This document shows positions 48,547 to 57,387 of a stretch of DNA of 64,000 bases, piece by piece. Numbering within the stretch: the first letter of the stretch is position 1; the number at the start of each line of letters is the position of its first letter. The notes under the pieces are model-generated. The model did no database searches, was not told the origin of the DNA, and saw only the letters and a list, made by a program, of their open reading frames with translations. The DNA is from Clostridia bacterium (GTDB lineage: Bacteria; Bacillota; Clostridia; Christensenellales; UBA1242), in the NCBI GenBank assembly GCA_045635805.1, contig JAZTWI010000011.1:3905-67904 (forward strand). The letters run 5' to 3'. Made by a program: the position numbers and the translations under genes.

Positions 48547-50070
48547 TTATCTAAAGATTGCGATAACCTTGCTCCAACTAGCAGAAACCTTCTCGCTTAG
48601 TTTTCTCTTCTGGATATCTTTTAGTGATACAGGCTGAGCATTAGATACGATTTCACTCACGTCTTTTGCTATATCTTTCATAACTTCACCGAACATATAC
48701 ACGCCACAATTGAAGTGCTTGTATGTACTGAAGCAGTCCATATTATTAGTAGATATAACTGCAGCGTTATTATCAACGATGATTAGTCTGCTAGTCATTC
48801 TTCTATTATTAATCTCATAGATATGTATTCCTTCCTTGATAAGTTCTGCAAAGAACGATTTAGCAAGGATTTTAACTCTCTTAGTCTCAGTTTCACCTGA
48901 GTATACAACCTTTACTTCTACTCCAGACTTGGCAGCCATAACAAGGGCGTTTTTGAGCTCGTCATTAAGGGATATATATGTAGTTGTAATAATGATAGAT
49001 TCTTTAGCATTGTGAATCATACTAAGTAAGATATTTTTGTTACTATGTCCTACAGATACAGGATTAGTAGAGTATGGCAAAATCCAGTTCTTAGCCTTAG
49101 ATGGAGCGCCTTCTACAAAGTACTCTTGGAGCTTAATAACTTTTTTGCTAGCATACTGATAATCTTCAAAGAAACTAACGATTAGATTTCTAACTGCTAG
49201 ACCTGTAAATCTAATACCAGCATCTTTGGTAGGAATATCTCTATCATCGCCTGTCATACTGATATATTCGTCGCTTAGATTGAAGCCTGACATAAATCCT
49301 ACTTCACCATCTACTACTACTATTCTTTTGAAGTTTCTGCAATTTAAGAAACTATTACCAAGACCAGCCATTCTATTAAATGGTACAGTCTCAATTCCGT
49401 GGTTTCTCATCTTCTCAAAGTCTTCGTTAGGAACAAACTTAGTGCATACACCATCATCGTATACAAGTTTAATCTTTACACCTTCTCTAGCCTTCAATCT
49501 AAGGATATCAAATAGTGTCCACCATACTTTACCTGGTTTAATCTTATAACACTCTATAAGGATATATTTCTTAGCTTTTTTACAAGTCTCAAAAAGGTCA
49601 CTGAAATATTTCTCACCAGAGCCATAATATCTAATATCGGTCTTGTCATAGCAAGGCATACCGATAGTTTCTACTAAGTATTTACCTGTCTTATACGCAG
49701 ATACAGAACTATGCTTTAGAGAGTCTAGAGACTCATCACTAGGAAGATTGGTTTTTCTATTACGATATAGAATATTAGCCCACTCTTTCTTTACCTTCTT
49801 ATCACCCTTTCTCTCTTTAGTAAGAACAGCATATGTTATACCAAAGAACGGCATAGACACTGTGAGCAGGAATACTGTTACCTTATATGTATCTTTCTCT
49901 TTTCTATTAGACAGAAAGAAGATAGTCACACAAGCAATGACAATAGAAATAATGTAGTAGAGATATAAGTAATTGAATACCGATGCTACTACCATTAATG
50001 CTAGGTTAAGTAAAAATACTAGCAATAATCTAAGTTTAGTTGAAACAAAGAACTTCTTAAAATTGCTCAC
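48547..50070 (-). CDS. Cardiolipin-synthase-like PLD-superfamily membrane protein with both HKD motifs degenerate
   Basis: It has two N-terminal TM helices and two PLD-like domains in Cls architecture. The motif positions read RNFKRIVVVDG and MTSRLIIVDN instead of RNHRKI..D and LHAK...D. The start is uncertain (GTG at 50070 or TTG at 50073, after AAGGAGAG). Confidence 0.6.
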   Translation of the reverse strand: MSNFKKFFVSTKLRLLLVFLLNLALMVVASVFNYLYLYYIISIVIACVTIFFLSNRKEKDTYKVTVFLLTVSMPFFGITYAVLTKERKGDKKVKKEWANILYRNRKTNLPSDESLDSLKHSSVSAYKTGKYLVETIGMPCYDKTDIRYYGSGEKYFSDLFETCKKAKKYILIECYKIKPGKVWWTLFDILRLKAREGVKIKLVYDDGVCTKFVPNEDFEKMRNHGIETVPFNRMAGLGNSFLNCRNFKRIVVVDGEVGFMSGFNLSDEYISMTGDDRDIPTKDAGIRFTGLAVRNLIVSFFEDYQYASKKVIKLQEYFVEGAPSKAKNWILPYSTNPVSVGHSNKNILLSMIHNAKESIIITTTYISLNDELKNALVMAAKSGVEVKVVYSGETETKRVKILAKSFFAELIKEGIHIYEINNRRMTSRLIIVDNNAAVISTNNMDCFSTYKHFNCGVYMFGEVMKDIAKDVSEIVSNAQPVSLKDIQKRKLSEKVSASWSKVIAIFR

Positions 50071-50250
50071 CAATCTCTCTCCTTTTTTGGGTTTGTATGA
50101 TTTACTATATACTATTACTACATAATATACTATCATACACTATTAGTTTATCACATAAACTTCAAAAAAACAATTTATATAATAATTATTATTAAAATTA
50201 TTTATATAATTTTAGTCTTTCTTATCGCAATATTTTCTCTAAATTTGTAT

Positions 50251-50282
50251 AAAAAAGCCAGACTAATAGTCTGGGCTTTTGG
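50251..50282 (-). terminator. Terminator downstream of the M20 gene
   Basis: aaaaaAGCCAGACTaatAGTCTGGGCTttt. Confidence 0.65.
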
Positions 50283-50298
50283 TTTGGTTTATCATATT

Positions 50299-51375
50299 TT
50301 AGAAACATTTAGATTTAATGTATTTGCCATACATTTCTACTAATGTATCATAACTGAATTTGCTGATAAATTCGTTTTTCTCACCACTAGTTACAGGACC
50401 TGGGCCAAGTAGTACTACTGAACGCTCTGCTAAGTAGTTACCGTCTGAAACTACAGCGATAGAAGACCTTTGGTTACCTGTTAAGTTCTCAAGTTCTGAG
50501 ATAAAGCCTTCTGCAAATGTAGACATAGGTGGAACATCATCGATGATTGTTACAAAGCCATTGTATTTCTCTGCAAGTTCTCTGATTTTCTCGATAATCT
50601 GTCTATTATGGTCAATCTTGATAGTTCTATACTCAAGGTACGCTGAACAACTACCAGGTACTCTATTTAGAGATACACCACCTTCAATCTTACCTAAGTT
50701 AAATGTAGTGTAAGGAATCTCAAATGAATTATTTTTATCTTCCTTCATTCTATTATTGAAGGTATACACTTCGCCTAAGAATCCAACTGCTTTTTCTACA
50801 GCATTGATACCCTTAGTTGGATTAGATGAGTGGGCTTCTTTACCACTGATTAGGACTGACATTTTTAGTAGTCCCTTTGTAGCAATTACAGGGTACAAAC
50901 TAGTTGGAGTAGGAATAATAATATTCTGTGGAATATTAGGCTCTTTAGCCACAATAGTTTTAATACCTGTGAAGTTGTTTTCTTCGTCGAAAGTAAAGAA
51001 TAATTTTAAGCCCTTCTTTGCTGTCTTCCAATCAAACTTACCCACTGCTTCTAGAGTTGCAGCAAGGCCACCCTTCATATCACTGATACCAAGGCCCACA
51101 AGTTTATCTCCATCAACAGTTAAATCCATTGCATCGTAGTCAGACCAGTTAACACCTAGTGGCACTGTATCTGTGTGGCACACAAAACCTAATTCTGGCT
51201 CTTTGCCAGCAGTTGCGATTAAACATAGTTTTTGGCTATCGTCATCAACACAGTACTTAGTCATAAATCCTAATTTAGTTAGGTATTTATCGATGTACTC
51301 CATAATAGATTTGTTTTGAGCATCGTATGCTGTATTGAATTGAATTAAATCTCTAAGAATTTCATAATTTCCCAT
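50299..51375 (-). CDS. M20-family metallopeptidase/deacylase (ArgE/DapE-like)
   Basis: CHTDTVP, GLGISDMKGG, FDEE and the SGKEAHSS motif pattern of M20 enzymes. Confidence 0.75.
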   Translation of the reverse strand: MGNYEILRDLIQFNTAYDAQNKSIMEYIDKYLTKLGFMTKYCVDDDSQKLCLIATAGKEPELGFVCHTDTVPLGVNWSDYDAMDLTVDGDKLVGLGISDMKGGLAATLEAVGKFDWKTAKKGLKLFFTFDEENNFTGIKTIVAKEPNIPQNIIIPTPTSLYPVIATKGLLKMSVLISGKEAHSSNPTKGINAVEKAVGFLGEVYTFNNRMKEDKNNSFEIPYTTFNLGKIEGGVSLNRVPGSCSAYLEYRTIKIDHNRQIIEKIRELAEKYNGFVTIIDDVPPMSTFAEGFISELENLTGNQRSSIAVVSDGNYLAERSVVLLGPGPVTSGEKNEFISKFSYDTLVEMYGKYIKSKCF

Positions 51376-51555
51376 TTTGTCTTTCCCTTTATTAATTTTA
51401 ATTACACTGCTATTTTATCATAATTTATCGTTATTTCCAAATAATTGAATTGGTTTATTTAACCACTTTCGGCATTTTTATCTATATATTATAGATATTT
51501 GCTAGTTCTTGTGATTTTAAACCCAAATATTTTTTATTTTTTTAGACTCTCTTTT

Positions 51556-51795
51556 CTAGCGACTTTTTCTATTTTTAAAGTACTTTACCATAGCGACTAT
51601 TAGTATAGTTGTAACGACTAGAAAGCACACAAAAAATGTTATGCTCATCATATACATACCCGTAAAAGTGGTGTTCTCTGCACCATAAATAGTTGGGTGG
51701 TCTAGCCCTAGTACTAGGTAACCTACCCAAGCATATAGTAGATAAATATCAACTACTGCTAGTACCCAAAATAATATTCTCTTAATTACCTTCAT
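51556..51795 (-). CDS. Small two-TM membrane protein
   Basis: 79 aa and hydrophobic. It overlaps the upstream gene end by 14 nt. Confidence 0.45.
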   Translation of the reverse strand: MKVIKRILFWVLAVVDIYLLYAWVGYLVLGLDHPTIYGAENTTFTGMYMMSITFFVCFLVVTTILIVAMVKYFKNRKSR

Positions 51796-52453
51796 TTGTC
51801 TCTCCTGTAAAGCTATATTCTACGTAAGTTTCGCCATCGAAGTACCCAAAGCCACCATCACACTCAATCGCCTTATTCTCATCAAATTCTACAAAGGCTC
51901 TGATATGCTCTGCTATATATGTTGGGGTATAGATTATAGGCAAAGGAATACTCTCTGTGTCACTTGCCACAGTATTATATAGGTTAAGAGCAAAGTATGA
52001 GCAGTTATTGATAGGATTCCATCTATCGTTTTCTTCGATAAACTTATTAACTTTCACTAGGTCGTCATTATTGATACCTATTGTAATAGACACCCTGCCA
52101 TCGTATTTATTATTAAAGTCTACATAGTTGCCTTCTAGATTGTACCAGATACCGAAGTGAGAGAGTACCGACCATGTACCCACTGCTACTGTCTCTCCTG
52201 GGGCCACTGCCATTTTGCCTACCATTACTTCTTCACTAGAGATATTCTCAAAAGATAGAAATGTATGGCCTAGGTTCATAAGACCGAAGTGACTCTCGCC
52301 CTTGCCATCATAAGTAAATAAAGTTAGTTTAACTGTGTCGCCGTCTTCTACTCCTGCATAATACTCTTTGTCTGCCTTAGGACCACAAGCCACTAGCATA
52401 AAGGGTAGTATAAGGGAGAGTAATACTAGCGAAAAAATTTTAAAAAATCTCAA
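51782..52453 (-). CDS. Lipoprotein, unknown function
   Basis: The start was set at the TTG at 52453, which is 7 nt after AAGGAG. The lipobox is LILPFMLVAC. Confidence 0.55.
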   Translation of the reverse strand: MRFFKIFSLVLLSLILPFMLVACGPKADKEYYAGVEDGDTVKLTLFTYDGKGESHFGLMNLGHTFLSFENISSEEVMVGKMAVAPGETVAVGTWSVLSHFGIWYNLEGNYVDFNNKYDGRVSITIGINNDDLVKVNKFIEENDRWNPINNCSYFALNLYNTVASDTESIPLPIIYTPTYIAEHIRAFVEFDENKAIECDGGFGYFDGETYVEYSFTGETNEGN

Positions 52454-52625
52454 CGTTTTTCTCCTTAGTAATTTTATAAAAATTAAGTTCAAAACTTAAA
52501 TCTCTATTTTTATTGTAGTTTTTTATGCCTTTTTTATCAAGTAAAAGAGTAAACAAACCTTTATTTTGTTGCAAAAATAAACAAAAAATATTAAAATTTA
52601 TTTAAGAGAAAAAAGGAGAATTTTT

Positions 52626-53291
52626 ATGGAAAACATTTTTGAGCCAATTTTAGATGACAATGAAAAACTTATCAAAGTCTTCAAACCAAATAAATTTATG
52701 GTTTATTTCAAAGATATGTTTGCAACCGTTGCATCACTTCTAGGAATGTATTTATTTATACTAATCGGTCTAATCTGCTCTACAGTAGAAGACCCAAGCG
52801 CATTCCCACCACTATGGAAAACAATTCTAGTGTCACTAGCGATATTTGTAGGAATTGTTGGTGTGGTATTACTAATAGAGTGGTTATTCATACACCTATA
52901 TTACAAGAATATTTGTTATGGTTACACAAATAAAAGAATTGTTATTAGAAAAGGAATCTTCGGTGTAGACTACAAAGCACTAGATATCAAGATGATAGGC
53001 GCTAGTGATGTAAATGTTAGTTTACTAGACAAAATGATGAAGAGAAATACAGGAACTATTCAATACGGTAGTATGGCTAGTCCAATCAACGGAACAACAC
53101 CTGTAGGAAATTTCGTAATTGCTAATATCGAAGACCCTTATAATGTATATAAGGAAATCAAAAGTTATATTTCACACAACACAGAAGACACAGCTGCTCC
53201 TGCAGTAGAAAAAGCACCAGCTAAAAAACCTGCTGCTAAAAAACCTGCTGCTAAGAAACCTGCAACTAAGAAAGCTGTTAAGAAAGACTAA
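52626..53291 (+). CDS. Membrane bacterial-PH-domain (YdbS/YdbT-like, bPH_2) protein with a Lys/Ala/Pro-rich tail
   Basis: A two-TM hairpin is followed by YGYTNKRIVIRKGIFGVDYKALDIKMI, typical of bPH_2. The tail is APAKKPAAKKPAAKKPATKKAVKKD. Confidence 0.6.
   Translation: MENIFEPILDDNEKLIKVFKPNKFMVYFKDMFATVASLLGMYLFILIGLICSTVEDPSAFPPLWKTILVSLAIFVGIVGVVLLIEWLFIHLYYKNICYGYTNKRIVIRKGIFGVDYKALDIKMIGASDVNVSLLDKMMKRNTGTIQYGSMASPINGTTPVGNFVIANIEDPYNVYKEIKSYISHNTEDTAAPAVEKAPAKKPAAKKPAAKKPATKKAVKKD
53214..53285 (+). repeat. Short tandem 15-nt coding repeats (AAKKP units)
   Basis: gctaaaaaacctgct gctaaaaaacctgct gctaagaaacctgca actaagaaagctgtt. Confidence 0.7.
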
Positions 53292-53416
53292 TACTTTATT
53301 ATATGGGAAGTAAAGTATTGCATTAAGAAAACTCACGCTCTATATATTTATAGCAAACATAGAAAGTGGTATTCTTATGTAAAAAGAAAAATGGGGAAAA
53401 TTATGGTGGATATAAT

Positions 53417-53911
53417 ATGGGTAAAAAATTTAAGAAAATTATGGCTATAGGATTTTTTCCTGTAGTCATTTTTTATTACATAATTAGGTGTATATATAAG
53501 TTAATAGAAAAGCGTATAGCAGGTAAGTACATAGCGTCTATCACGATTGATGAGATAGACGGACTAGACGGAGAAGACTTTGAAGAACTCCTTGCCCTAC
53601 TCTTTAGACAACACGGACTAAAGGTGACTAAGACTAAGAAATCTCACGACTATGGTGCCGACCTACTAGTAAGTAGTAAGGACGAAATCATTGCAATTCA
53701 GTGTAAACTCTACTATAATCGCTCGGTTAGTAATTCGGCTGTGCAGGAGATTGCTACTGCCAAGGACTACTATCAGGCCAGTCGTGCAGTTGTGATAACC
53801 AATAGTAAATTTACTAAACCTGCAGAAAACCTAGCAGGTAAAATAGGTGTAAAACTGATAGACAGAGAGACCTTGCAAACACTACTTACTAGCAAAACTA
53901 TAGATATTTAA
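53417..53911 (+). CDS. Membrane-tethered Mrr-like restriction endonuclease domain protein
   Basis: The start was set at the ATG at 53417. An N-terminal TM helix is followed by DGEDFEELLALLFRQHGL...HDYGADLLV...IAIQCKLY...VSNSAVQEI, matching the Mrr_cat (PD-(D/E)xK) pattern. Confidence 0.6.
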   Translation: MGKKFKKIMAIGFFPVVIFYYIIRCIYKLIEKRIAGKYIASITIDEIDGLDGEDFEELLALLFRQHGLKVTKTKKSHDYGADLLVSSKDEIIAIQCKLYYNRSVSNSAVQEIATAKDYYQASRAVVITNSKFTKPAENLAGKIGVKLIDRETLQTLLTSKTIDI

Positions 53912-54016
53912 TTTGTTTAGTTTTTGTCAATAAATACTATATTTATGACAAATATAAAATATTATTGGTCATAAAGTAATAAAATTAATTATTTTATAAA
54001 TTTTATAAAAGAAGAC

Positions 54017-54047
54017 AAAAAAGACCGAAAATTAATTCGGTCTTTTA
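54017..54047. terminator. Bidirectional terminator (repeat copy 2)
   Basis: aaaaaaGACCGAAaattaaTTCGGTCtttt, which is 31/32 identical to 34438-34469. Confidence 0.75.
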
Positions 54048-54063
54048 TTTTTATTAATCATAT

Positions 54064-54405
54064 TTAGTATTCTATTTCTATCCATTTAGCCCAAATAGTT
54101 GTGATACCATATATTCTATCATCGTCAAATTTCCAAGTAGTTGTGAGTTCTTTATCCTTATACCAACCACCGAAACTGTATCCTGCTTTCTTAGGGTCCT
54201 TAGGTCTAGTAACAGTGTAACCGTGTTTCACAATTTGAGTTTCGTAATGAAAACTATTACTATCTCCACTACCTGTATAGAACATAACAGGATAGGTATT
54301 TAAACCATCATCATTATTGCCTGTATTACAACTACAGCCTGGGAAAAATACTACCATAGGTAGCATAACAATTACTAATATTAGTGTTCTAAAAAATTTC
54401 TTCAT
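54064..54405 (-). CDS. Small lipoprotein with one Listeria-Bacteroides (InlB B-repeat / Flg_new) repeat
   Basis: The lipobox is VVFFPGC. GYSFGGWYKDKELTTTWKFDDDRIYGITTIWAKW is the typical repeat signature. Confidence 0.65.
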   Translation of the reverse strand: MKKFFRTLILVIVMLPMVVFFPGCSCNTGNNDDGLNTYPVMFYTGSGDSNSFHYETQIVKHGYTVTRPKDPKKAGYSFGGWYKDKELTTTWKFDDDRIYGITTIWAKWIEIEY

Positions 54406-54552
54406 AGTAATGTTTCCCTGTTTTATTTTTACTTAGTATTTGTATTTTTTATACTTATATTTTATTGAAATAATTTTTTTATGTCAAATAGATATATATA
54501 CTCACTCATATTTTAAAGTAAAAAGTAGTGGTAATAAACCACTACTATAATA

Positions 54553-55800
54553 CTATTCTGCTACTACTTTTACGTAGTTCTTTTTACCCTTTCTAAGTAG
54601 GGCATAGCCTTCAGTCATATCGCCAGATGTTAGCATTGCTCTAGTATCTGTTACCTTATTTTCGTTTAGGTAGATACCACCACCTTCTATCATTCTTCTA
54701 GCGTCGCTCTTTGATGCACATAGTTTAGATAGAGTAACTACATCTATAATGCTGATATTGTCTACTTGTACTCTTTCGATTGTGAAGGTTGGAACGTTGT
54801 CTAGATTTTGAGCACCACCACCGAATAGTGATTTAGTTGCTTCTTCGGCAATCTTAGCGTCTTCTTCGCCACGAACAAATTTAGTAATCTCATAAGATAG
54901 TCTTTGTTTAGCTTTTACGATATCTTCCTTGCAGATTGCTCTTACTTCGTCCATAGGAATATCGGTAAATAGAGCAAACATCATCTCTACACAGGCATCT
55001 GGAGTCTGGTATACGCCTTGGTAAAAGTCGTATGCAGAGATTTTATCTTTGCTAATCCAGATAGCACCCTTCTCAGTCTTACCCATTTTCTTACCTTCTG
55101 GAGTAAGTAGTAGTGGATTGGTAGCACCGATTAATTCTATATCTGTACCGTTTTGGAAATTAAGTTTTCTCTGAAGTTCAACACCTGCAACGATATTACC
55201 CCATTGGTCAGCACCACCGTATTGAATAGTACAGCCTTTCTCTCTATTTAAGTGTACAAAGTCGTATGCTTGCATAGGCATATAACCCATCTCAAAGAAT
55301 GTTAAACCACCACTCTCTAGTCTATTATTATAGATTTCACTAGAAAGCATCTTATTAATATTAAAGTGTACTCCATATTCTCTCATAAAGTCGATGTAAT
55401 TGATTTTTGCAAACCAATCGCCATTATTAACGATTTCTGCAGGGTTCTCTCCATCAAAATCAAGGAAAACCTTTAGAGTATCTTTGATTTTCTCTATATT
55501 ATGGTTAATCTCTTCTTTTGTAAGCATTTTTCTCATATCGCTCTTACCACTAGGGTCGCCAATACAAGCAGTTGCTCCACCCATAAGCAGTAGCACCTTA
55601 TGACCAGCCTGTTGGAATCTACGAAGAATGCAGTAAGGCACACAGTGACCGATATGTAGACTATCGGCAGTTGGGTCGCTACCTTCGTACACTACTAGTG
55701 GTTCTCCACTCTCTAGTTTCTTCTTAAATGATTCTTCGTTACTACATTGGTATAGTAGTCCCCTTTCTTTTAAAATATTGTATAAGTTAGTATTTACCAT
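54553..55800 (-). CDS. tyrS: Tyrosyl-tRNA synthetase
   Basis: The HIGH motif (SLHIGH), KMGKT as the KMSKS equivalent, a C-terminal S4-like domain and a T-box leader with a UAC specifier upstream. Confidence 0.9.
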   Translation of the reverse strand: MVNTNLYNILKERGLLYQCSNEESFKKKLESGEPLVVYEGSDPTADSLHIGHCVPYCILRRFQQAGHKVLLLMGGATACIGDPSGKSDMRKMLTKEEINHNIEKIKDTLKVFLDFDGENPAEIVNNGDWFAKINYIDFMREYGVHFNINKMLSSEIYNNRLESGGLTFFEMGYMPMQAYDFVHLNREKGCTIQYGGADQWGNIVAGVELQRKLNFQNGTDIELIGATNPLLLTPEGKKMGKTEKGAIWISKDKISAYDFYQGVYQTPDACVEMMFALFTDIPMDEVRAICKEDIVKAKQRLSYEITKFVRGEEDAKIAEEATKSLFGGGAQNLDNVPTFTIERVQVDNISIIDVVTLSKLCASKSDARRMIEGGGIYLNENKVTDTRAMLTSGDMTEGYALLRKGKKNYVKVVAE

Positions 55801-55840
55801 TGTTATTTTCTCCTGATTATTTTATTTATTTAGGACAAAG

Positions 55841-56035
55841 AAAAACTCCCGTCCTAATTAAAAGGACGAGAGTATAAACTTCCGTGGTACCACCTTTCTT
55901 TAGTATACATTATACTATGTATACCCTTATTTCTGCCTTTATCATAAAGCAGTCAAAAGTCTACTCTTACCTATGTAATTCGTTATAATTCTCTATAGGC
56001 TTCTCACCAACCAGCCTTTCTCTGTATAGTATTAA
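55841..56035 (-). promoter_or_regulatory. T-box riboswitch leader (tyrosine) with terminator
   Basis: The minus strand carries AGAGA, the distal loop GGTGAGA and the specifier GAATTAC-A (TAC at 55977-55975). The T-box sequence is AAAGGTGGTACCACGG (55897-55880). The terminator is ACTCTCGTCC-ttttaatta-GGACGGGAGT plus T5 (55873-55841). Confidence 0.8.
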
Positions 56036-56080
56036 TCATAACTACTTTTAGGTCGTCATTGCAGATATTTAATTTAATTT

Positions 56081-57187
56081 TTAGTTTTTAGTTCCACAGT
56101 TAGGGCAGAATTTAGCATTTGCTTTCATTTTCTCGCCACAACTAGAACAGTGTTTCTCTGTAGCAGCGCCAACTTTTGAACCACAGTTAGGGCAGAATTT
56201 AGCTCTAGCAGCTACAGCTTCGCCACATTTAGGACAAGTAGCACCTTGAACAGCGCCACACTCTGGACAATGTTTAGCTTTTGCACTGATACCTGCACCA
56301 CATTTAACGCAAGTATGAGTATTGCCTGTATTATTAAGAGCACCATTTAACATACCACCCATAGCACCTGCAGCACCAAGGCCTACGCCTAAACCTGCTA
56401 AGTTATTACCATTAGGATTATTTGCAGCATCTCTAAGAGCTGTTGCAGCCTGGTATTGAGTATATGTACCGATTTTGTCTTCCATAATACCTAATTTACT
56501 TCTCTCATCTAGTGCTTTCTCTACAGCTTCTGGAAGTGAGATATTCTCAATAACTAATTTCTCTAGTTTTAGACCATATTTCTCAAACTCAGCAACTGAA
56601 GAAGCAGCAACTTTCTCACTAAACTCTCTGTAGTTAGCAGCAAGGTCTAGAATAGATATTTTGCTCTCTGCGATTGTATCTGTGATGGCTTGGATAACCA
56701 TAGGTCTAATTTGTTCTGCAACATCAGCTGTTGTGAAACTACTATTAGTACCGAATACTTCGTCCATAAATACTTTAGCATCAGTAACTCTATATGAGTA
56801 GATACCATAACCTCTTAGTCTAACCATACCGAAGTCATTGTCTCTAACAGTAATAGGATTTTGTGTACCCCATTTTTGACCAACAAATTGTTTAGTATTT
56901 ACATAATAAACTTCTGCCTTAATAGGTGACTCAAAGCCCATTGGTAGAGATAATAATTTAGTGATAAATGGTAGGTTGTCTGTAGATAGTTTATAAGTAC
57001 CTGGTTCGAAAACGTCAGCTACTTTTCCTTTGTGTACAAATACAGCAACTTGACTCTCTCTAACAACAAGTGTAGAGCCTGTCATAATCTCATATCTGTC
57101 TTCTACAGGGAAACGATAAACTACAGTATTTCTACTGTCATCTTTCCACTCAATTACTTTTTGTAAGTTCTTTTTAATAAATCCCAT
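56081..57187 (-). CDS. SPFH/band-7 domain protein with three C-terminal zinc-ribbon repeats (YdjI/COG4260-like)
   Basis: The N-terminus IEWKDDSRNTVVYRFPVED...MTGSTLVVRESQVAVFV is typical of this family. The C-terminus carries CVKCGA..CPECGA, CPKCGE..CPNCGS and CSSCGE..CPNCGT. Confidence 0.7.
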   Translation of the reverse strand: MGFIKKNLQKVIEWKDDSRNTVVYRFPVEDRYEIMTGSTLVVRESQVAVFVHKGKVADVFEPGTYKLSTDNLPFITKLLSLPMGFESPIKAEVYYVNTKQFVGQKWGTQNPITVRDNDFGMVRLRGYGIYSYRVTDAKVFMDEVFGTNSSFTTADVAEQIRPMVIQAITDTIAESKISILDLAANYREFSEKVAASSVAEFEKYGLKLEKLVIENISLPEAVEKALDERSKLGIMEDKIGTYTQYQAATALRDAANNPNGNNLAGLGVGLGAAGAMGGMLNGALNNTGNTHTCVKCGAGISAKAKHCPECGAVQGATCPKCGEAVAARAKFCPNCGSKVGAATEKHCSSCGEKMKANAKFCPNCGTKN

Positions 57188-57346
57188 TTTTAACTCCTAT
57201 CAATTCATTGCACAAAAAAAGCAAATCATTTTTTATTAATATATAAAATTTGTGTATATTTGTCAATTATTTCCCCACACTTTATATATAATCTTTATTT
57301 TTAGTATATGAAATATTTTTCCTTTTTTAGTTGTTTTTTTCTTAAA

Positions 57347-57376
57347 ACAAAAAAAGTAGGGTGATAAAACCCTACT
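57347..57376 (-). terminator. Terminator downstream of the ABC exporter pair
   Basis: aaaaaaaaaGTAGGGTgataaaACCCTAC. Confidence 0.65.
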
Positions 57377-57387
57377 ATATTATTTAT

